Positions 40,583 through 50,777 of a stretch of 64,000 nucleotides of DNA are shown piece by piece. The position numbers and the translations under genes are program-made. The stretch covers positions 440-64,439 of the forward strand of contig REES01000041.1 in the NCBI GenBank assembly GCA_007694935.1, written 5' to 3'. This stretch comes from Rhodospirillales bacterium (GTDB lineage: Bacteria > Pseudomonadota > Alphaproteobacteria > Rhodospirillales > Defluviicoccaceae). The notes below the pieces were generated by a model. That model did not search any database, had not been told where the DNA came from, and was given only the letters and a program-made list of their open reading frames with translations. Position 1 is the first letter of the stretch. The number at the start of each line of letters is the position of its first letter.

Positions 40583-41803
40583 TCAGATCACCCGTTTCCG
40601 GCGGAGTTCTGCGATGTCCTCGGCGGTGAGGCCCAGCAACCCGGTGAGCACCTCCTCGGTGTGGGCGCCGAGGGCGGGGCCGAGGTGATCGATCCGGCCC
40701 GGGGTCTCCGCCATCCGGGGCAGCACGTTCGGCATGATGACCGTTTCGCCGATGTCGTCCGAGTCAATGGCGACCAGGTTGCGGCGGGCATGGAACTGTC
40801 GGTCGCCGAAGATGTCGGCGATGTTGTTCAGCGGACCGGCCGGGGCGCCGGTTTGGTAGCAGCGGTTCAGCACCTCGTCCCGGCTCAGGGAGCCGCACCA
40901 GTCGCGGACGATCTCGTTGACGTCATGCCGGTTGTCGAGCCGGGTCTTGTGCTCGCCGTACAGGCTCGATGAGGCCAGTTCGGGCCGCCCCATGGCGAGC
41001 GTCAGGCGTTCGAACAGCTTGTCGGTGGTGCAGGCAATCGCCACCCAGCCGCCGTCTTTGGTTGGGAAGTGGCCGTAGGGACAGGCGCTTTCGATGTGCG
41101 GGCCGTGACGTTCGCGCACCGTGCCGTACATCGCGTAGGCCGGCGCGAGTTCGTCGGTGCAGCGGAACACGGATTCGTACAGGGCAACGTCGATCACCTG
41201 TCCTTCGCCGGTCTGGTCTCGCCAGCGCAGCGCCAGCAGGACCCCGATGCAGCCGTACAGTCCCGACATGTAGTCGCCGAGGGTGGTGGAACCGGGGGTC
41301 ACCGGGGTTCCCTTCGGCATGCCGGCGAGGTAGGAAAGGCCGCCCACGGCATGGGCGATCCGGGCGAAGCCCGGCTGGTCCTTGTAGGGGCCGGTCTGAC
41401 CATAGCCGGTGACCCGCAGCATGATCAGGCCCGGGTTGACGTTCTTCAGCACCTCCCAGCCGAGACCCCACTTCTCCAGCGTTCCGGGCCGGAAGTTCTC
41501 GCACAGCACGTCCGACTTGGCGATCAGGGACTTGAACAGCTCCACCCCCTCCGGGCGGCGGAGGTCGACCGTCACCGATTTCTTGTTGCGGGCCTCGGAG
41601 AGCCAAGTCAGGGTGTCGCCGCGGCTGGTGGGCGTCCCGAACCGGCGGCAGGCGTCGCCGCCGATGGGGTGCTCTACCTTCAGGACCTCCGCACCGAACT
41701 CTCCCAGGATGGTGGCACAGTACGGTGAAGCGATCACCGTGGCCACGTCGATCACCCGAAGGCCCGACAGCGGGAGTGGAGCCGCCGCATCCGTGCTCGC
41801 CAT
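40583..41803 (-). CDS. Family III (CaiB/BaiF) CoA-transferase
   Basis: 406 aa, with the same motifs as 300-1508 ('[17 protein letters not shown]', '[15 protein letters not shown]'). Confidence 0.85.
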   Translation of the reverse strand: MASTDAAAPLPLSGLRVIDVATVIASPYCATILGEFGAEVLKVEHPIGGDACRRFGTPTSRGDTLTWLSEARNKKSVTVDLRRPEGVELFKSLIAKSDVLCENFRPGTLEKWGLGWEVLKNVNPGLIMLRVTGYGQTGPYKDQPGFARIAHAVGGLSYLAGMPKGTPVTPGSTTLGDYMSGLYGCIGVLLALRWRDQTGEGQVIDVALYESVFRCTDELAPAYAMYGTVRERHGPHIESACPYGHFPTKDGGWVAIACTTDKLFERLTLAMGRPELASSSLYGEHKTRLDNRHDVNEIVRDWCGSLSRDEVLNRCYQTGAPAGPLNNIADIFGDRQFHARRNLVAIDSDDIGETVIMPNVLPRMAETPGRIDHLGPALGAHTEEVLTGLLGLTAEDIAELRRKRVI

Positions 41804-41861
41804 CGTTCGCTCCCTTCTGAGCCGCCGGCCGGGCCGGCTCGGCCGGGCCGGACCCCCGCGG

Positions 41862-43325
41862 CTATACGATCTTGTGCTGGCGCAGTGCCGCGATCTCCTG
41901 CGCTGACAGGTTCAGCAACTCCCGCATCACCTCGTAGGTCGCATTGCCGAGCGGCGGGCCGAGATTGGTGATCCGTCCGGGGGTCGCCGACAGCATCGGG
42001 ATCACCGAGGGGATGCTCACCCGCATCCCGTCCTCCTCCACCTCGGCGATGTTGCCGCGCGCCTTGAAATGCTCGTCCTCGAAGATGTCAGCGATGGAGT
42101 TCAGTTTGCCGATCGGCACCTCCTTGTCGAGGCAACGGCGCAGCACCTCATCCCGGCTGAGGGAACCGACCCATTCAATGACGATCTTGTTGACCTCGTT
42201 GCGGGCGGCCAGCCGCTTGCGCTGCTCGCCATACAGGGTGTGGGAGGCGAGCTCCGGCCGTTCCATCGCCTCGGACAGCCGCTCGAACATCTTGTCGGTG
42301 GTGCAGGCAATGGCGATCCACTTGTCGTCCTGGGTCCGGAAATGGCCGTGCGGCACGGCGACGAAGCTGCCGGCGCCCTCGCGCTCGCGCACGGTGCCGA
42401 ACAGGCCGTAGGCGGCCGCCAGTTCATCCATCAGCCGGAACACAGACTCGTAGATGCCGACGTCGATAACCTGGCCCTTGCCGGTCTTCTCCTTGTGCCG
42501 GAGCGCCAGCATCACGCCGATGGCGCCGTAAAGGCTCGAGATGTAGTCCCCGAGCGGGGCGGTTCCCGGCACCACCGGTGTCTCGCCGGGGAAGCCGGCG
42601 AGGTAGGACAGGCCGCCGATGGCATGGGCGATGTGGGAGAACCCGGGCCGGCGGCGATACGGGCCGGTCTGGCCATAGCCGGAGACCCTCAGCATCACCA
42701 GCCCCGGGTTGGCCTCCGACAGCACGTCCCAGGTCAGGCCCCAGCTTTCCATCGTCCCGGGGCGGAAGTTCTCGATCAGCACGTCCGACTTGCCGACCAA
42801 GCGGATGAACAGCTCAACGCCTCGTTGCTGGCGCAAGTCGATGGTGACCGACTTCTTGTTGCGCGCTTCCGACAGCCAAGCCAGCGTGGCGTCATGCCGC
42901 TTGGTCGGGGTGCCGAACCGGCGCATCGGGTCGCCCGCGATCGGATGCTCCACCTTCAGCACCTCGGCCCCGAACTCCGCGAGGATGGACGCGGCATAGG
43001 GGCCGGCGAGGAACGTCCCCACATCGATCACCCGGATCCCGGCCAGCGGCAGCCTTTCCCCCGCCCGCAACGTCTCCGGCGACGCCTCCGGCGGCGGAGC
43101 GTTGATGCCGGGTTCCGCTGCCCCGGAGGGCCCGGCCGCTTCGCCCGCACCGGCTGCTGCGGGGTCGGGTTCCGGTTCGCCCTCCGCCGCGGCAAGGTGG
43201 GGAGGCAAGCCATCGCCGTCATGGCCGCGCGACCGTCGCTTTCGTCCACTCCCGCCGGCTTCGGCTGACTGCGACATGCGCCTTCTCCCCCATCCGCGCG
43301 TATCGTTCGGGTCCGTTGGCAGCAT
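41862..43325 (-). CDS. Family III CoA-transferase, tandem paralogue (start uncertain)
   Basis: The core from '[19 protein letters not shown]' is homologous to the neighbouring gene. The track ORF adds about 90 aa of Glu/Pro/Ala/Gly low complexity. Alternative starts are ATG 43277 and TTG 43070. Confidence 0.8.
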   Translation of the reverse strand: MLPTDPNDTRGWGRRRMSQSAEAGGSGRKRRSRGHDGDGLPPHLAAAEGEPEPDPAAAGAGEAAGPSGAAEPGINAPPPEASPETLRAGERLPLAGIRVIDVGTFLAGPYAASILAEFGAEVLKVEHPIAGDPMRRFGTPTKRHDATLAWLSEARNKKSVTIDLRQQRGVELFIRLVGKSDVLIENFRPGTMESWGLTWDVLSEANPGLVMLRVSGYGQTGPYRRRPGFSHIAHAIGGLSYLAGFPGETPVVPGTAPLGDYISSLYGAIGVMLALRHKEKTGKGQVIDVGIYESVFRLMDELAAAYGLFGTVREREGAGSFVAVPHGHFRTQDDKWIAIACTTDKMFERLSEAMERPELASHTLYGEQRKRLAARNEVNKIVIEWVGSLSRDEVLRRCLDKEVPIGKLNSIADIFEDEHFKARGNIAEVEEDGMRVSIPSVIPMLSATPGRITNLGPPLGNATYEVMRELLNLSAQEIAALRQHKIV

Positions 43326-43633
43326 GCTCCGCTCACCCGGTGCTGCCGTCCCGGGCCAGTTGCCATGCTGCCGGCACCCGGACGAAGAGAGCCATGTTCA
43401 ATTCAATGCCTCGGCGCGGTCCCCTTCACCAGCGGTAGAGGAAGTGTGCGGCTTTTCAGCCCTTCCCGTCAACCGTTGTCGGCAGTCGGTGTCATCACTT
43501 GTTCTGGCAAGGACTCTTCTCGGGTTTCCTCTGGCTCTGGTCAATCCGGCCAGAAAGTTGAAAAAACCAGGTGAGCTTGAACCGGTCGACGGCTAGAATC
43601 CGTTATCAATAAGCGCGTCAGGGGGGATGGATC

Positions 43634-44488
43634 ATGCAGGACTCCGCGGAGCAACCCTTCGCCGAATGGCTCGGCCGGACGGAAACGGTGGAGGATTTCA
43701 TCGCTCCGGCCCCCGCCTTGATGGCGGCCGCAACCCTGGACGACCCGGACACCGGCTGTGCCGACGGCGCCGGGCTGCCGCCGCTATGGCACTGGTTCTA
43801 CTTTCTGCCCAAGGCGCCGCAGTCCAGGATCGGACCGGACGGGCACCCGATGCGCGGCGACTTCATGCCGCCGATCTCGCTGCCGCGGCGCATGTTCGCC
43901 GGAGCGCGGCTGACCTTCCACCGGCCGCTCACCATCGGCCGGCCGGCGGAACGCGAGGGCGTCATCCGCTCGATCGCCGAGAAGAGCGGCAAGAGCGGGA
44001 CGCTCGCCTTCGTCACCGTCGCCTACCGCTTCCGCCAGGATGGCGCCCTCTGCATCGAGGAGGAGCAGGACATCGTCTACCGCGGCGAGCCGGGCCAGCC
44101 GGTCCCGCCCCCGGCGGTCCGGGAGCTGCCGCCGCCGCCCGCCGGTGCCTGGAGCCGCACCATCAGGCCAGATCCGGTGCTGCTGTTCCGCTACTCGGCG
44201 ATCACCTTCAATGGGCACCGCATCCACTACGACCGCACCTACGCGACCGAGGTCGAGGGCTACCCGGGTCTGGTGGTGCACGGCCCGCTCACCGCGGTGC
44301 TGCTGCTGGAACTGGTGCGGCGCAACACCGACCGCCGGGTCCAGTCGTTCAGCTTTCGCGGCTTGGCGCCGCTGTTCGATCTCGCCCCGTTCCGGGTGAC
44401 CGGGCGGGCATCCGATGGCGCGGTCGTGCTGGAGGCCCTGGGTCCGGACGGTAAGACGGCGATGACGGCGGAGGCGAGCCTGGGCTGA
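43634..44488 (+). CDS. MaoC-like (hot-dog) acyl-CoA hydratase, itaconyl/mesaconyl-C4-CoA hydratase-like
   Basis: 284 aa. 'PPLWHWFYFLP' at the N-terminal half and 'HYDRTYATEVEGYPGLVVHGPL' at the C-terminal half match the two-domain FAS1-like/MaoC hydratases. Confidence 0.7.
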   Translation: MQDSAEQPFAEWLGRTETVEDFIAPAPALMAAATLDDPDTGCADGAGLPPLWHWFYFLPKAPQSRIGPDGHPMRGDFMPPISLPRRMFAGARLTFHRPLTIGRPAEREGVIRSIAEKSGKSGTLAFVTVAYRFRQDGALCIEEEQDIVYRGEPGQPVPPPAVRELPPPPAGAWSRTIRPDPVLLFRYSAITFNGHRIHYDRTYATEVEGYPGLVVHGPLTAVLLLELVRRNTDRRVQSFSFRGLAPLFDLAPFRVTGRASDGAVVLEALGPDGKTAMTAEASLG

Positions 44489-44556
44489 AGCGCCGAGCTC
44501 GCCCCCCCGCACCGGGCGGAACCCGTTCGGAACCGCGTCCCACCGTCGGCCCGTGA

Positions 44557-45444
44557 TCAGGCGGCCTGCGCCTCCAGTTTCTGGATCATCTCCGACATCG
44601 CCACCAGGGTCTTGGCGCTTTCGACGTGCAGGTTCTCCACCAATCGGCCGTCCACCACGCAGACCCCTTCGCCCCGCGCCGCCGCCTCCGCGTGCGCGGC
44701 GATGATCTTGCGGGACCAAGCCACGTCCGCGTCCTTCGGCGTGAATGCCCGGTTGCAGGGGCCAACCTGCTTGGGATGGATCAGGGTCTTGCCGTCGAAG
44801 CCGAGCTCCATGCCTTGCTGGCAGGCGAATTCGAACCCGGCTTCGTCGTTGAGGTCGAGATAGACGCCGTCCAGTACCGCGAGGCGTGCCGCCCGTGCCG
44901 CCAGCACGGAGAGCCCGAGCGAGACGATGAACGGCAGCCGCTCGTGGGTGTGGGCGCAATCCAGATCCTTGGCGAGATCGGATGTGCCCAGCACCAGGCC
45001 GCCCATCCGCGGGGTCGCCTCGGCGATGCGCTGGGATTCCAGGATGCTCCGCGGCGTCTCCATCATCGCCCAGATGGCCATGGAGTCGGGCGCGCCGTTG
45101 GCGCGCATGATGGTCTCCATCTGCCGGATCGCGTCGGCGCTCTCGACCTTGGGCAGCAGCAGGGCATCGGCCGCGGTCTTCGATGCGGCGACGATGTCGC
45201 CAAAGCCCCATGGCGTCGCCAAGCCGTTGACCCGGATGATCACCTCGCGCATGCCGAAGGCGCCGGGCTGGGCGGCCGCCTCGCACACCTGTTTTCGCGC
45301 CACTTCCTTGGCGTCGGGGGCGACGGCATCCTCGAGGTCGAGGATCAAGCCGTCGGCGGGCAGGGTCTTGGCTTTCTCCAGGGCGCGCGCATTCGACCCC
45401 GGCATATAGAGAACGCTGCGGCGCGGGCGTGCGGTCTTGGCCAT
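44557..45444 (-). CDS. CitE/HpcH-family acyl-CoA lyase (malyl-/citramalyl-CoA lyase-like)
   Basis: 'RRSVLYMPGSNARALEKA...DGLILDLEDAVAP' and 'DGKTLIHPKQV' are CitE motifs. ATG 45444 is preceded by GGGAGGAG. Confidence 0.85.
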   Translation of the reverse strand: MAKTARPRRSVLYMPGSNARALEKAKTLPADGLILDLEDAVAPDAKEVARKQVCEAAAQPGAFGMREVIIRVNGLATPWGFGDIVAASKTAADALLLPKVESADAIRQMETIMRANGAPDSMAIWAMMETPRSILESQRIAEATPRMGGLVLGTSDLAKDLDCAHTHERLPFIVSLGLSVLAARAARLAVLDGVYLDLNDEAGFEFACQQGMELGFDGKTLIHPKQVGPCNRAFTPKDADVAWSRKIIAAHAEAAARGEGVCVVDGRLVENLHVESAKTLVAMSEMIQKLEAQAA

Positions 45445-45621
45445 CGTGATTTCTCCTCCCGTCAATGTCCTGGGCCACCGGGCGTGGCGACGGCGTCGCC
45501 TTCGCAGGTGCGGGAGGGCATTATTGCAGCGGCGTGCCGGTCAGGCCAACCGAAATCACGCCGCTGCTTCAGGCGTCGCCTGCGCTGTCGGGCCGGGAGG
45601 ATCGGACGGCGCTGCTCAGGA

Positions 45622-46653
45622 TCAGGCCGGCACCGGCATGTGCTCGCGCACCAGTTCCTCGGCAATCTGCACCGCGTTGAGCGCCGCCCCCTTGCGCAGG
45701 TTGTCGGCCACCACCCACAGGTTCAGGGCGTTGGCGCGGGTCGGATCCCTGCGGATGCGGCTGACGTAGACCGGGTCCTCGCCGGCGCATTCGGCCGGGG
45801 TGACGTAGCCCTCGTCGGCCCGCTGGTCGACCACGCTCACCCCCGGCGCCGCCCGCAGCGCCGCGCGGGCGCTGTCTTCGTCGATGGGCTGGTCGAATTC
45901 CACATTCACCGCCTCGGCGTGGCCGACGAACACCGGGACCCGCACGCAGGTGGCGCTCACCTGGATGTCCGGGTCCAGGATCTTGCGGGTCTCCACCGCC
46001 ATCTTCCACTCTTCCTTGGTGGCGCCGTCGTCCATGAAGCGATCGATGTGGGGGATGACGTTGAAGGCGATCTGCTTGGTGAATTTTTCCCGGTACTTGC
46101 TGGCCGGCTCGTTGACGTAGATGCCGCGGGTCTGGTCGAACAGCTCGTCCATGGCAGCCTTGCCGGCGCCGGACACCGACTGGTAGGTGGCGACCACCAC
46201 CCGGCGGATGCGGGCCAGGTCATGCAGCGGCTTCAGCGCCACCACCATCTGGATGGTGGAGCAGTTGGGGTTGGCGATGATGCCGCGCTTGCGGTACCCG
46301 GCGATCGCCGCCGGATTGACCTCCGGCACCACCAGCGGCACATCCGGCTCCATCCGGAAGTGGGAGGTGTTGTCGATCACCACCGCCCCGGCCGCCGCCG
46401 CCCGCGGGGCGAACCGTGCCGATATCTTGGCGCCGGGGGACGACAGGACGACGTGGGTGCCGTGGAAGTCGAAGCTTTCCAGGTCGAGAACCTTGAGCAC
46501 TTGATCCTCGCCGAACGAGACCTCCCGTCCCACCGAGCGCTCGGACGCCAGCGCCACCACCTCGTCCGCCGGAAACTGCCGTTCCGCCAGGATGGCGAGT
46601 AGCTCCCGGCCGACGTTACCGGTGGCACCCACCACTGCGACCCTGTAACCCAT
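45622..46653 (-). CDS. asd: Aspartate-semialdehyde dehydrogenase
   Basis: 'RVAVVGATGNVGRELL', 'IANPNCSTIQMV' (active-site Cys) and 'HAEAVNVEF'. ATG at 46653. Confidence 0.9.
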   Translation of the reverse strand: MGYRVAVVGATGNVGRELLAILAERQFPADEVVALASERSVGREVSFGEDQVLKVLDLESFDFHGTHVVLSSPGAKISARFAPRAAAAGAVVIDNTSHFRMEPDVPLVVPEVNPAAIAGYRKRGIIANPNCSTIQMVVALKPLHDLARIRRVVVATYQSVSGAGKAAMDELFDQTRGIYVNEPASKYREKFTKQIAFNVIPHIDRFMDDGATKEEWKMAVETRKILDPDIQVSATCVRVPVFVGHAEAVNVEFDQPIDEDSARAALRAAPGVSVVDQRADEGYVTPAECAGEDPVYVSRIRRDPTRANALNLWVVADNLRKGAALNAVQIAEELVREHMPVPA

Positions 46654-47112
46654 GATGTCTGTGTCTCCCCAAGCCTTGATGGCCCGCCCGTGCGGGCACC
46701 GCAGCGTATCACCTACGTGGCCCGAGGGCGGTTTGCAAGCATCGGGCACCTGCCCATCCCCACGGCCGGCCTCCGGACCCCGGAAATGGCCCGCTCAGGG
46801 CGCAAAAAAGCCGTTCAGGGTGGTATGCAAGCCACAGAATTCATGTATAATTCAGGGTGGCAGGAGATGCTGGCTTGGGCGCCGGCGCCCTTCTGTCCAA
46901 GGGCGCCGCCGGCGGTGGTGATCACCGAAACGGCTGTCGCCAACGAAGGCGGGGATGAACCAGGATGTGGCATCAAGATTGGGTTGCGGCGGCCGGTCAG
47001 CGGGGTTCGGCAATCGCCTGTCGCCGCGGGGGAGGGGCCTGTTTGGGATCGGACCTCATGATGGGTACGATTCTCGGAATGGCGCAGCATTTTTTGTTCC
47101 GGAGTTAGGCCG

Positions 47113-48267
47113 TTGACCGTACGCGATCTCACTCGACCGGGCGAGTTCACCCCGGGTTATCTCGACTATCACGAACGGTGGTATGAAGCCGGCGCCGCCC
47201 GCGTCGCGACACCGCCCGAGGTGTTCGTCAAGTACGTACGCTGGCGGGTGTCGTTGCTGGCGCTGGCGCTGCTGCCGCTGGCGGAGGCGGCGGATGTGGC
47301 TTTGTATCTGCTGCATCTGGGCAGGGTCCGCCTGGCACGCACCTGTCACCGCACCTTCCGGCTGGCGTACTGGGTCGGCCGTCACTACCTGCGCTGGGCG
47401 ATCGCGCATCTCGCCTACCAGGTCCGGGTGCATCGCATCCGTCTGTGGCTGTTGAAGCGCGCCGCCCTGCACCGGGCCGAGCGCGCCGCGCGGGCGGCAC
47501 GGGGTCCCGCCCATGCCGCGCTGTGGGCGGCAGAACGCGCGGTGGCGGAAGCCCGGGCCCGGGCGGAGCGGGAGTTCCGGGTGCAGCGGGTGCGCGCGCG
47601 CCTGCTTCGCCGCGGCGCAGTGACCCACGTTCATGCCTGGACCGGTCACCCGGTGCGGCCGGTGGCGTTGTCACCGGTGCTGCGGGCAGCGCTGGAACGG
47701 CATCAGGCATGGGTGGTCTCCGGCTGGGAGGTGGGCAAGCAGGCCGCCCTTGATCATGCCGACCTGCACGGCACCGACCTCAAGGGCGCCCTGCTGGCCG
47801 ATGCCGATCTCCACGGCGCCAACCTGCGGCGGGCTGATCTCAGCGACGCCGATCTGGAGGGGGCCGACCTGCACGAGGCACGGCTGCCCCGGGCGCGGCT
47901 GCGCAACGCCCTGCTGCGCTGGGCCGACCTGCGCCAGGCGGATCTTCGCCGTGCCGATCTGCAAGGGGCGGACCTCACCGATGCCGACCTGCACCGCGCC
48001 AATCTGCGGGGGGCGCGGCTCGGTGCTGCCCGGCTGGACAACGCCGATCTGCGCGGCGCCAACCTCGCGTGGGCACGCGGGCTCACCCAGGCGCAGCTCG
48101 ATCGGGTGGATGCCGACCGGCAGACCCGGGTGCCGTGGGGGCTGAAGGTCCGGCCGCGGCCGGTGGTCCCGACCATCTCCGCCTCGGCCGCCGCCACCCC
48201 GGTGCTGACCATCCCCCGGGAGGCAGGCAGCGATGCCGCCGTGCGGGTTGCGACCGCGCTCCACTGA
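47113..48267 (+). CDS. Pentapeptide-repeat protein with Arg-rich helical N-terminal region
   Basis: Residues about 211-325 consist of some 20 consecutive A(D/N)LxG/A pentapeptides ('ADLHGANLRRADLSDADLEGADL...'). The N-terminus has one hydrophobic helix and an R/A-rich segment. The TTG start is uncertain. Confidence 0.65.
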   Translation: MTVRDLTRPGEFTPGYLDYHERWYEAGAARVATPPEVFVKYVRWRVSLLALALLPLAEAADVALYLLHLGRVRLARTCHRTFRLAYWVGRHYLRWAIAHLAYQVRVHRIRLWLLKRAALHRAERAARAARGPAHAALWAAERAVAEARARAEREFRVQRVRARLLRRGAVTHVHAWTGHPVRPVALSPVLRAALERHQAWVVSGWEVGKQAALDHADLHGTDLKGALLADADLHGANLRRADLSDADLEGADLHEARLPRARLRNALLRWADLRQADLRRADLQGADLTDADLHRANLRGARLGAARLDNADLRGANLAWARGLTQAQLDRVDADRQTRVPWGLKVRPRPVVPTISASAAATPVLTIPREAGSDAAVRVATALH

Positions 48268-48437
48268 CGGTCGTTCCCCGTCTGAGCCGAGGGGCGGCCG
48301 GGGCCGTTTCAGCGATCGCTCCGCTTGAGGGCGGGTCCCGGCAGGCCCGTGCGATGGGGCTTTGGTGCGGCCGGCGATGCACCCATATTGTCGGTTCTCG
48401 GTTCCGGCGAGGGGCAGGGGATGCGGAGTGCCTGCGG

Positions 48438-48773
48438 GTGACACGACGGCGGTTCCTGATGGCGGCGATGGTCGGGCTGTTGGCGGCGGCCGCGTTCCCG
48501 GCTCATGGCCAGGGGCGCGGCCACGACCGAGCCCGGGAGGCAGTTCGCGCCGGCGATATCCGGCCGCTCAGCGAGGTGCTGGAGAGCGTCCGCCGCGCCT
48601 ACCCGGGTACGGTGCTGGACGTCAAGCTGCTGGACCGCGGTCCACCCGCCGACTGGCGGTATGAGGTGCGGGTGCAGACCCCGGAGGGGCATGTCATCGC
48701 CGTCATGGTGGATGCCGGAACGGCCGAGATCGCCGGTGCGCGCGGGCAGGGCCGGGGCGGCGGCCGTCGCTGA
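48438..48773 (+). CDS. PepSY domain protein (secreted)
   Basis: 'RRRFLMAAMVGLLAAAAFPAHG' is a signal peptide. 'IRPLSEVLESVRRAYPGTVLDVKLL...YEVRVQTPEGHVIAVMVDAGTAEI' is a PepSY fold pattern. The stop overlaps the regulator start (TGATG). Confidence 0.6.
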   Translation: MTRRRFLMAAMVGLLAAAAFPAHGQGRGHDRAREAVRAGDIRPLSEVLESVRRAYPGTVLDVKLLDRGPPADWRYEVRVQTPEGHVIAVMVDAGTAEIAGARGQGRGGGRR

Positions 48774-49450
48774 TGCGGATCCTGGTGGTCGAGGACGACC
48801 GCAATCTGGCGCGGCAGATGGCGGAGGCGCTCACTGCCCACCATTACGCGGTCGACCTCGCCCATGACGGCGAGGAGGGTCAGTTCCTCGGCGACACCGA
48901 ATCCTACGACGCGGTCATTCTCGATCTTGGCCTGCCGGTCATCGACGGGGTCGCGGTACTCACCGACTGGCGTCGCAACGACCGGCGCATGCCGGTGCTG
49001 GTGCTGACCGTGCGCGACCGCTGGCACGAGAAGGTGGCGGCGTTCGACGCCGGTGCCGATGACTACGTGGTCAAGCCCTTTCACCTGGAGGAACTGCTGG
49101 CCCGCCTCCGCGCCCTGATCCGAAGGGCCAGCGGCCACACCAGCTCGACCCTGGTGTGCGGCCCGCTCAGCATCGACCTCGGCAATTCCAAGGTCAGCCT
49201 GGACGGCGCGCCGGTGGTGCTCACCGCCCACGAGTACAAGCTGCTGGCCTACCTGGCCCATCATCGCGGCCGGCCGGTTTCCCGCAGCGAGCTGATCGAG
49301 CACATCTACAGCCAGGACTTCGACCGGGATTCCAACACCATCGAGGTGTTCGTGCGGCGCGTACGCAAGAAGATCGGCGCCGAGTTCATCCGGACCACCC
49401 GCGGTCTCGGTTACCAGCTGGTGTGCGAGCCGGAGCCGGGTGCGGAGTAG
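48773..49450 (+). CDS. OmpR-family response regulator
   Basis: Receiver domain 'MRILVVEDD...VILDLGLP' plus a winged-helix 'TIEVFVRRVRKKI...RGLGYQL'. Confidence 0.9.
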   Translation: MRILVVEDDRNLARQMAEALTAHHYAVDLAHDGEEGQFLGDTESYDAVILDLGLPVIDGVAVLTDWRRNDRRMPVLVLTVRDRWHEKVAAFDAGADDYVVKPFHLEELLARLRALIRRASGHTSSTLVCGPLSIDLGNSKVSLDGAPVVLTAHEYKLLAYLAHHRGRPVSRSELIEHIYSQDFDRDSNTIEVFVRRVRKKIGAEFIRTTRGLGYQLVCEPEPGAE

Positions 49451-50777
49451 CTCCCTCACCACCCGGCTGATCGCCGGCGCCGGGGTGTGGATCGCCGCCG
49501 CCCTGCTGGCGGCCGGGGTGGTGGTCTCCGCCTTTCTGGAGCGCCATGCCGAGCAGGGCCTGCAGCAGCGCCTCGCCATCCATCTGGATGCGCTGGTCGC
49601 CGCCAGCGAGACCGAGGACGGCACGACCGGGTTGACCCTGGCGCCGGAGCTCACCGATCCCCGGTTCGAGCGGCCCTTCTCCGGCTGGTACTGGCAGGTG
49701 GGCGACGGTGGCGATCCGGTGCTGCGCTCGCGCTCCCTGTGGGATCAGGCACTGGCGATCGACCCGCCGGCGGCGGCGGGCCACGCCGCTTGGCTGCGGC
49801 TGGAGGGGCCGGAGGGCCAGCGGCTTCGGGCGCTGGTCCGGGACCTCACCCTGCCGGATGACGACCGGCTGTTCCGCTATGCCGTTGCGGCGGAGGAGGG
49901 GGTGATCACCGCCGAGATCAGGCCGGTGCAGCGGACCCTCACCTGGATGCTGGCCGGGCTCGGCGGCGGGCTGCTGATCGCGCTGTTCATCCAGGTGCGG
50001 TTCGGCCTCCGCCCGCTGTGGCGGATGCGTCGGGCGCTGGGCGAGGTCCGCGCCGGCCGTGCCGAGCGTCTCGATGCGGATTACGTCAAGGAACTCGCGC
50101 CCATTGCCGCCGAGCTCAACGCCCTGATCGACCACAACGCGGCGATCCTGGAGCGGGCGCGGCGCCATCTCGGCGACCTGGCGCACGGGCTCAAGACCCC
50201 GCTCTCAGTGCTGCGCAACGAGGCGAGCCTGCACGGCGAGGTGGCGGCGGGTCTGGTCGCCCAGCAGGTCGGCCTGATGACCCGGATGGTGGACCGCCAC
50301 CTGGCGCGGGCGCGGAGCGCCGGTGCCGGGCGGATCCTGGGCGCCCGCACCCCGGTCGCCCCGGTGGTGGACACCCTGCGCCGCACCCTGCTGCGCATCC
50401 ATGCGGACAAGCCGCTCGACTTCCAGTGCAGCATAACGGCCGATGCGGTGTTCGCGGGGGAGCGCGAGGACCTGGAGGAGATGCTGGGCAACCTGATGGA
50501 CAACGCCGCCAAATGGGCCCGCGCCCGGGTCCGGGTGGCAGTGGCGCAGTCCGATCGCGGGCTCGCCGTCACCATCGACGACGACGGGCCGGGACTGCCG
50601 GCGGACCGCCGCCGCGACGCCCTGGCGCGCGGTACCCGCCTCGACGAATCCGCCCCGGGCAGCGGCCTCGGCCTCGCCATCGTCGTCGATCTCGCCAAGC
50701 TCTACGGCGGCCGGCTGACCCTGGGGGACGCGCCCGAAGGCGGCCTTCGTGTCGCGCTGACCCTGCCAGCGGCCTGA
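49440..50777 (+). CDS. Sensor histidine kinase (two TM, HAMP, HisKA, HATPase_c)
   Basis: H-box 'LGDLAHGLKTPLSVL', N-box 'NLMDNAAKWA', G-boxes 'DDDGPGL' and 'GSGLGLAIV'. It overlaps the regulator gene by 11 nt. Confidence 0.85.
   Translation: MRSSSLTTRLIAGAGVWIAAALLAAGVVVSAFLERHAEQGLQQRLAIHLDALVAASETEDGTTGLTLAPELTDPRFERPFSGWYWQVGDGGDPVLRSRSLWDQALAIDPPAAAGHAAWLRLEGPEGQRLRALVRDLTLPDDDRLFRYAVAAEEGVITAEIRPVQRTLTWMLAGLGGGLLIALFIQVRFGLRPLWRMRRALGEVRAGRAERLDADYVKELAPIAAELNALIDHNAAILERARRHLGDLAHGLKTPLSVLRNEASLHGEVAAGLVAQQVGLMTRMVDRHLARARSAGAGRILGARTPVAPVVDTLRRTLLRIHADKPLDFQCSITADAVFAGEREDLEEMLGNLMDNAAKWARARVRVAVAQSDRGLAVTIDDDGPGLPADRRRDALARGTRLDESAPGSGLGLAIVVDLAKLYGGRLTLGDAPEGGLRVALTLPAA

Noticed and set aside
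46690-47061. 123-aa ORF in the asd / pentapeptide intergenic region
   Set aside because: It has no RBS, no recognisable motif and mixed composition. It begins inside asd on the opposite strand.
47743-48088. Strong 15-nt-periodic DNA repetition
   Set aside because: It is explained by in-frame pentapeptide (ADLxG) repeats of a coding gene. There is no repeat-spacer structure, so it is not a CRISPR array.
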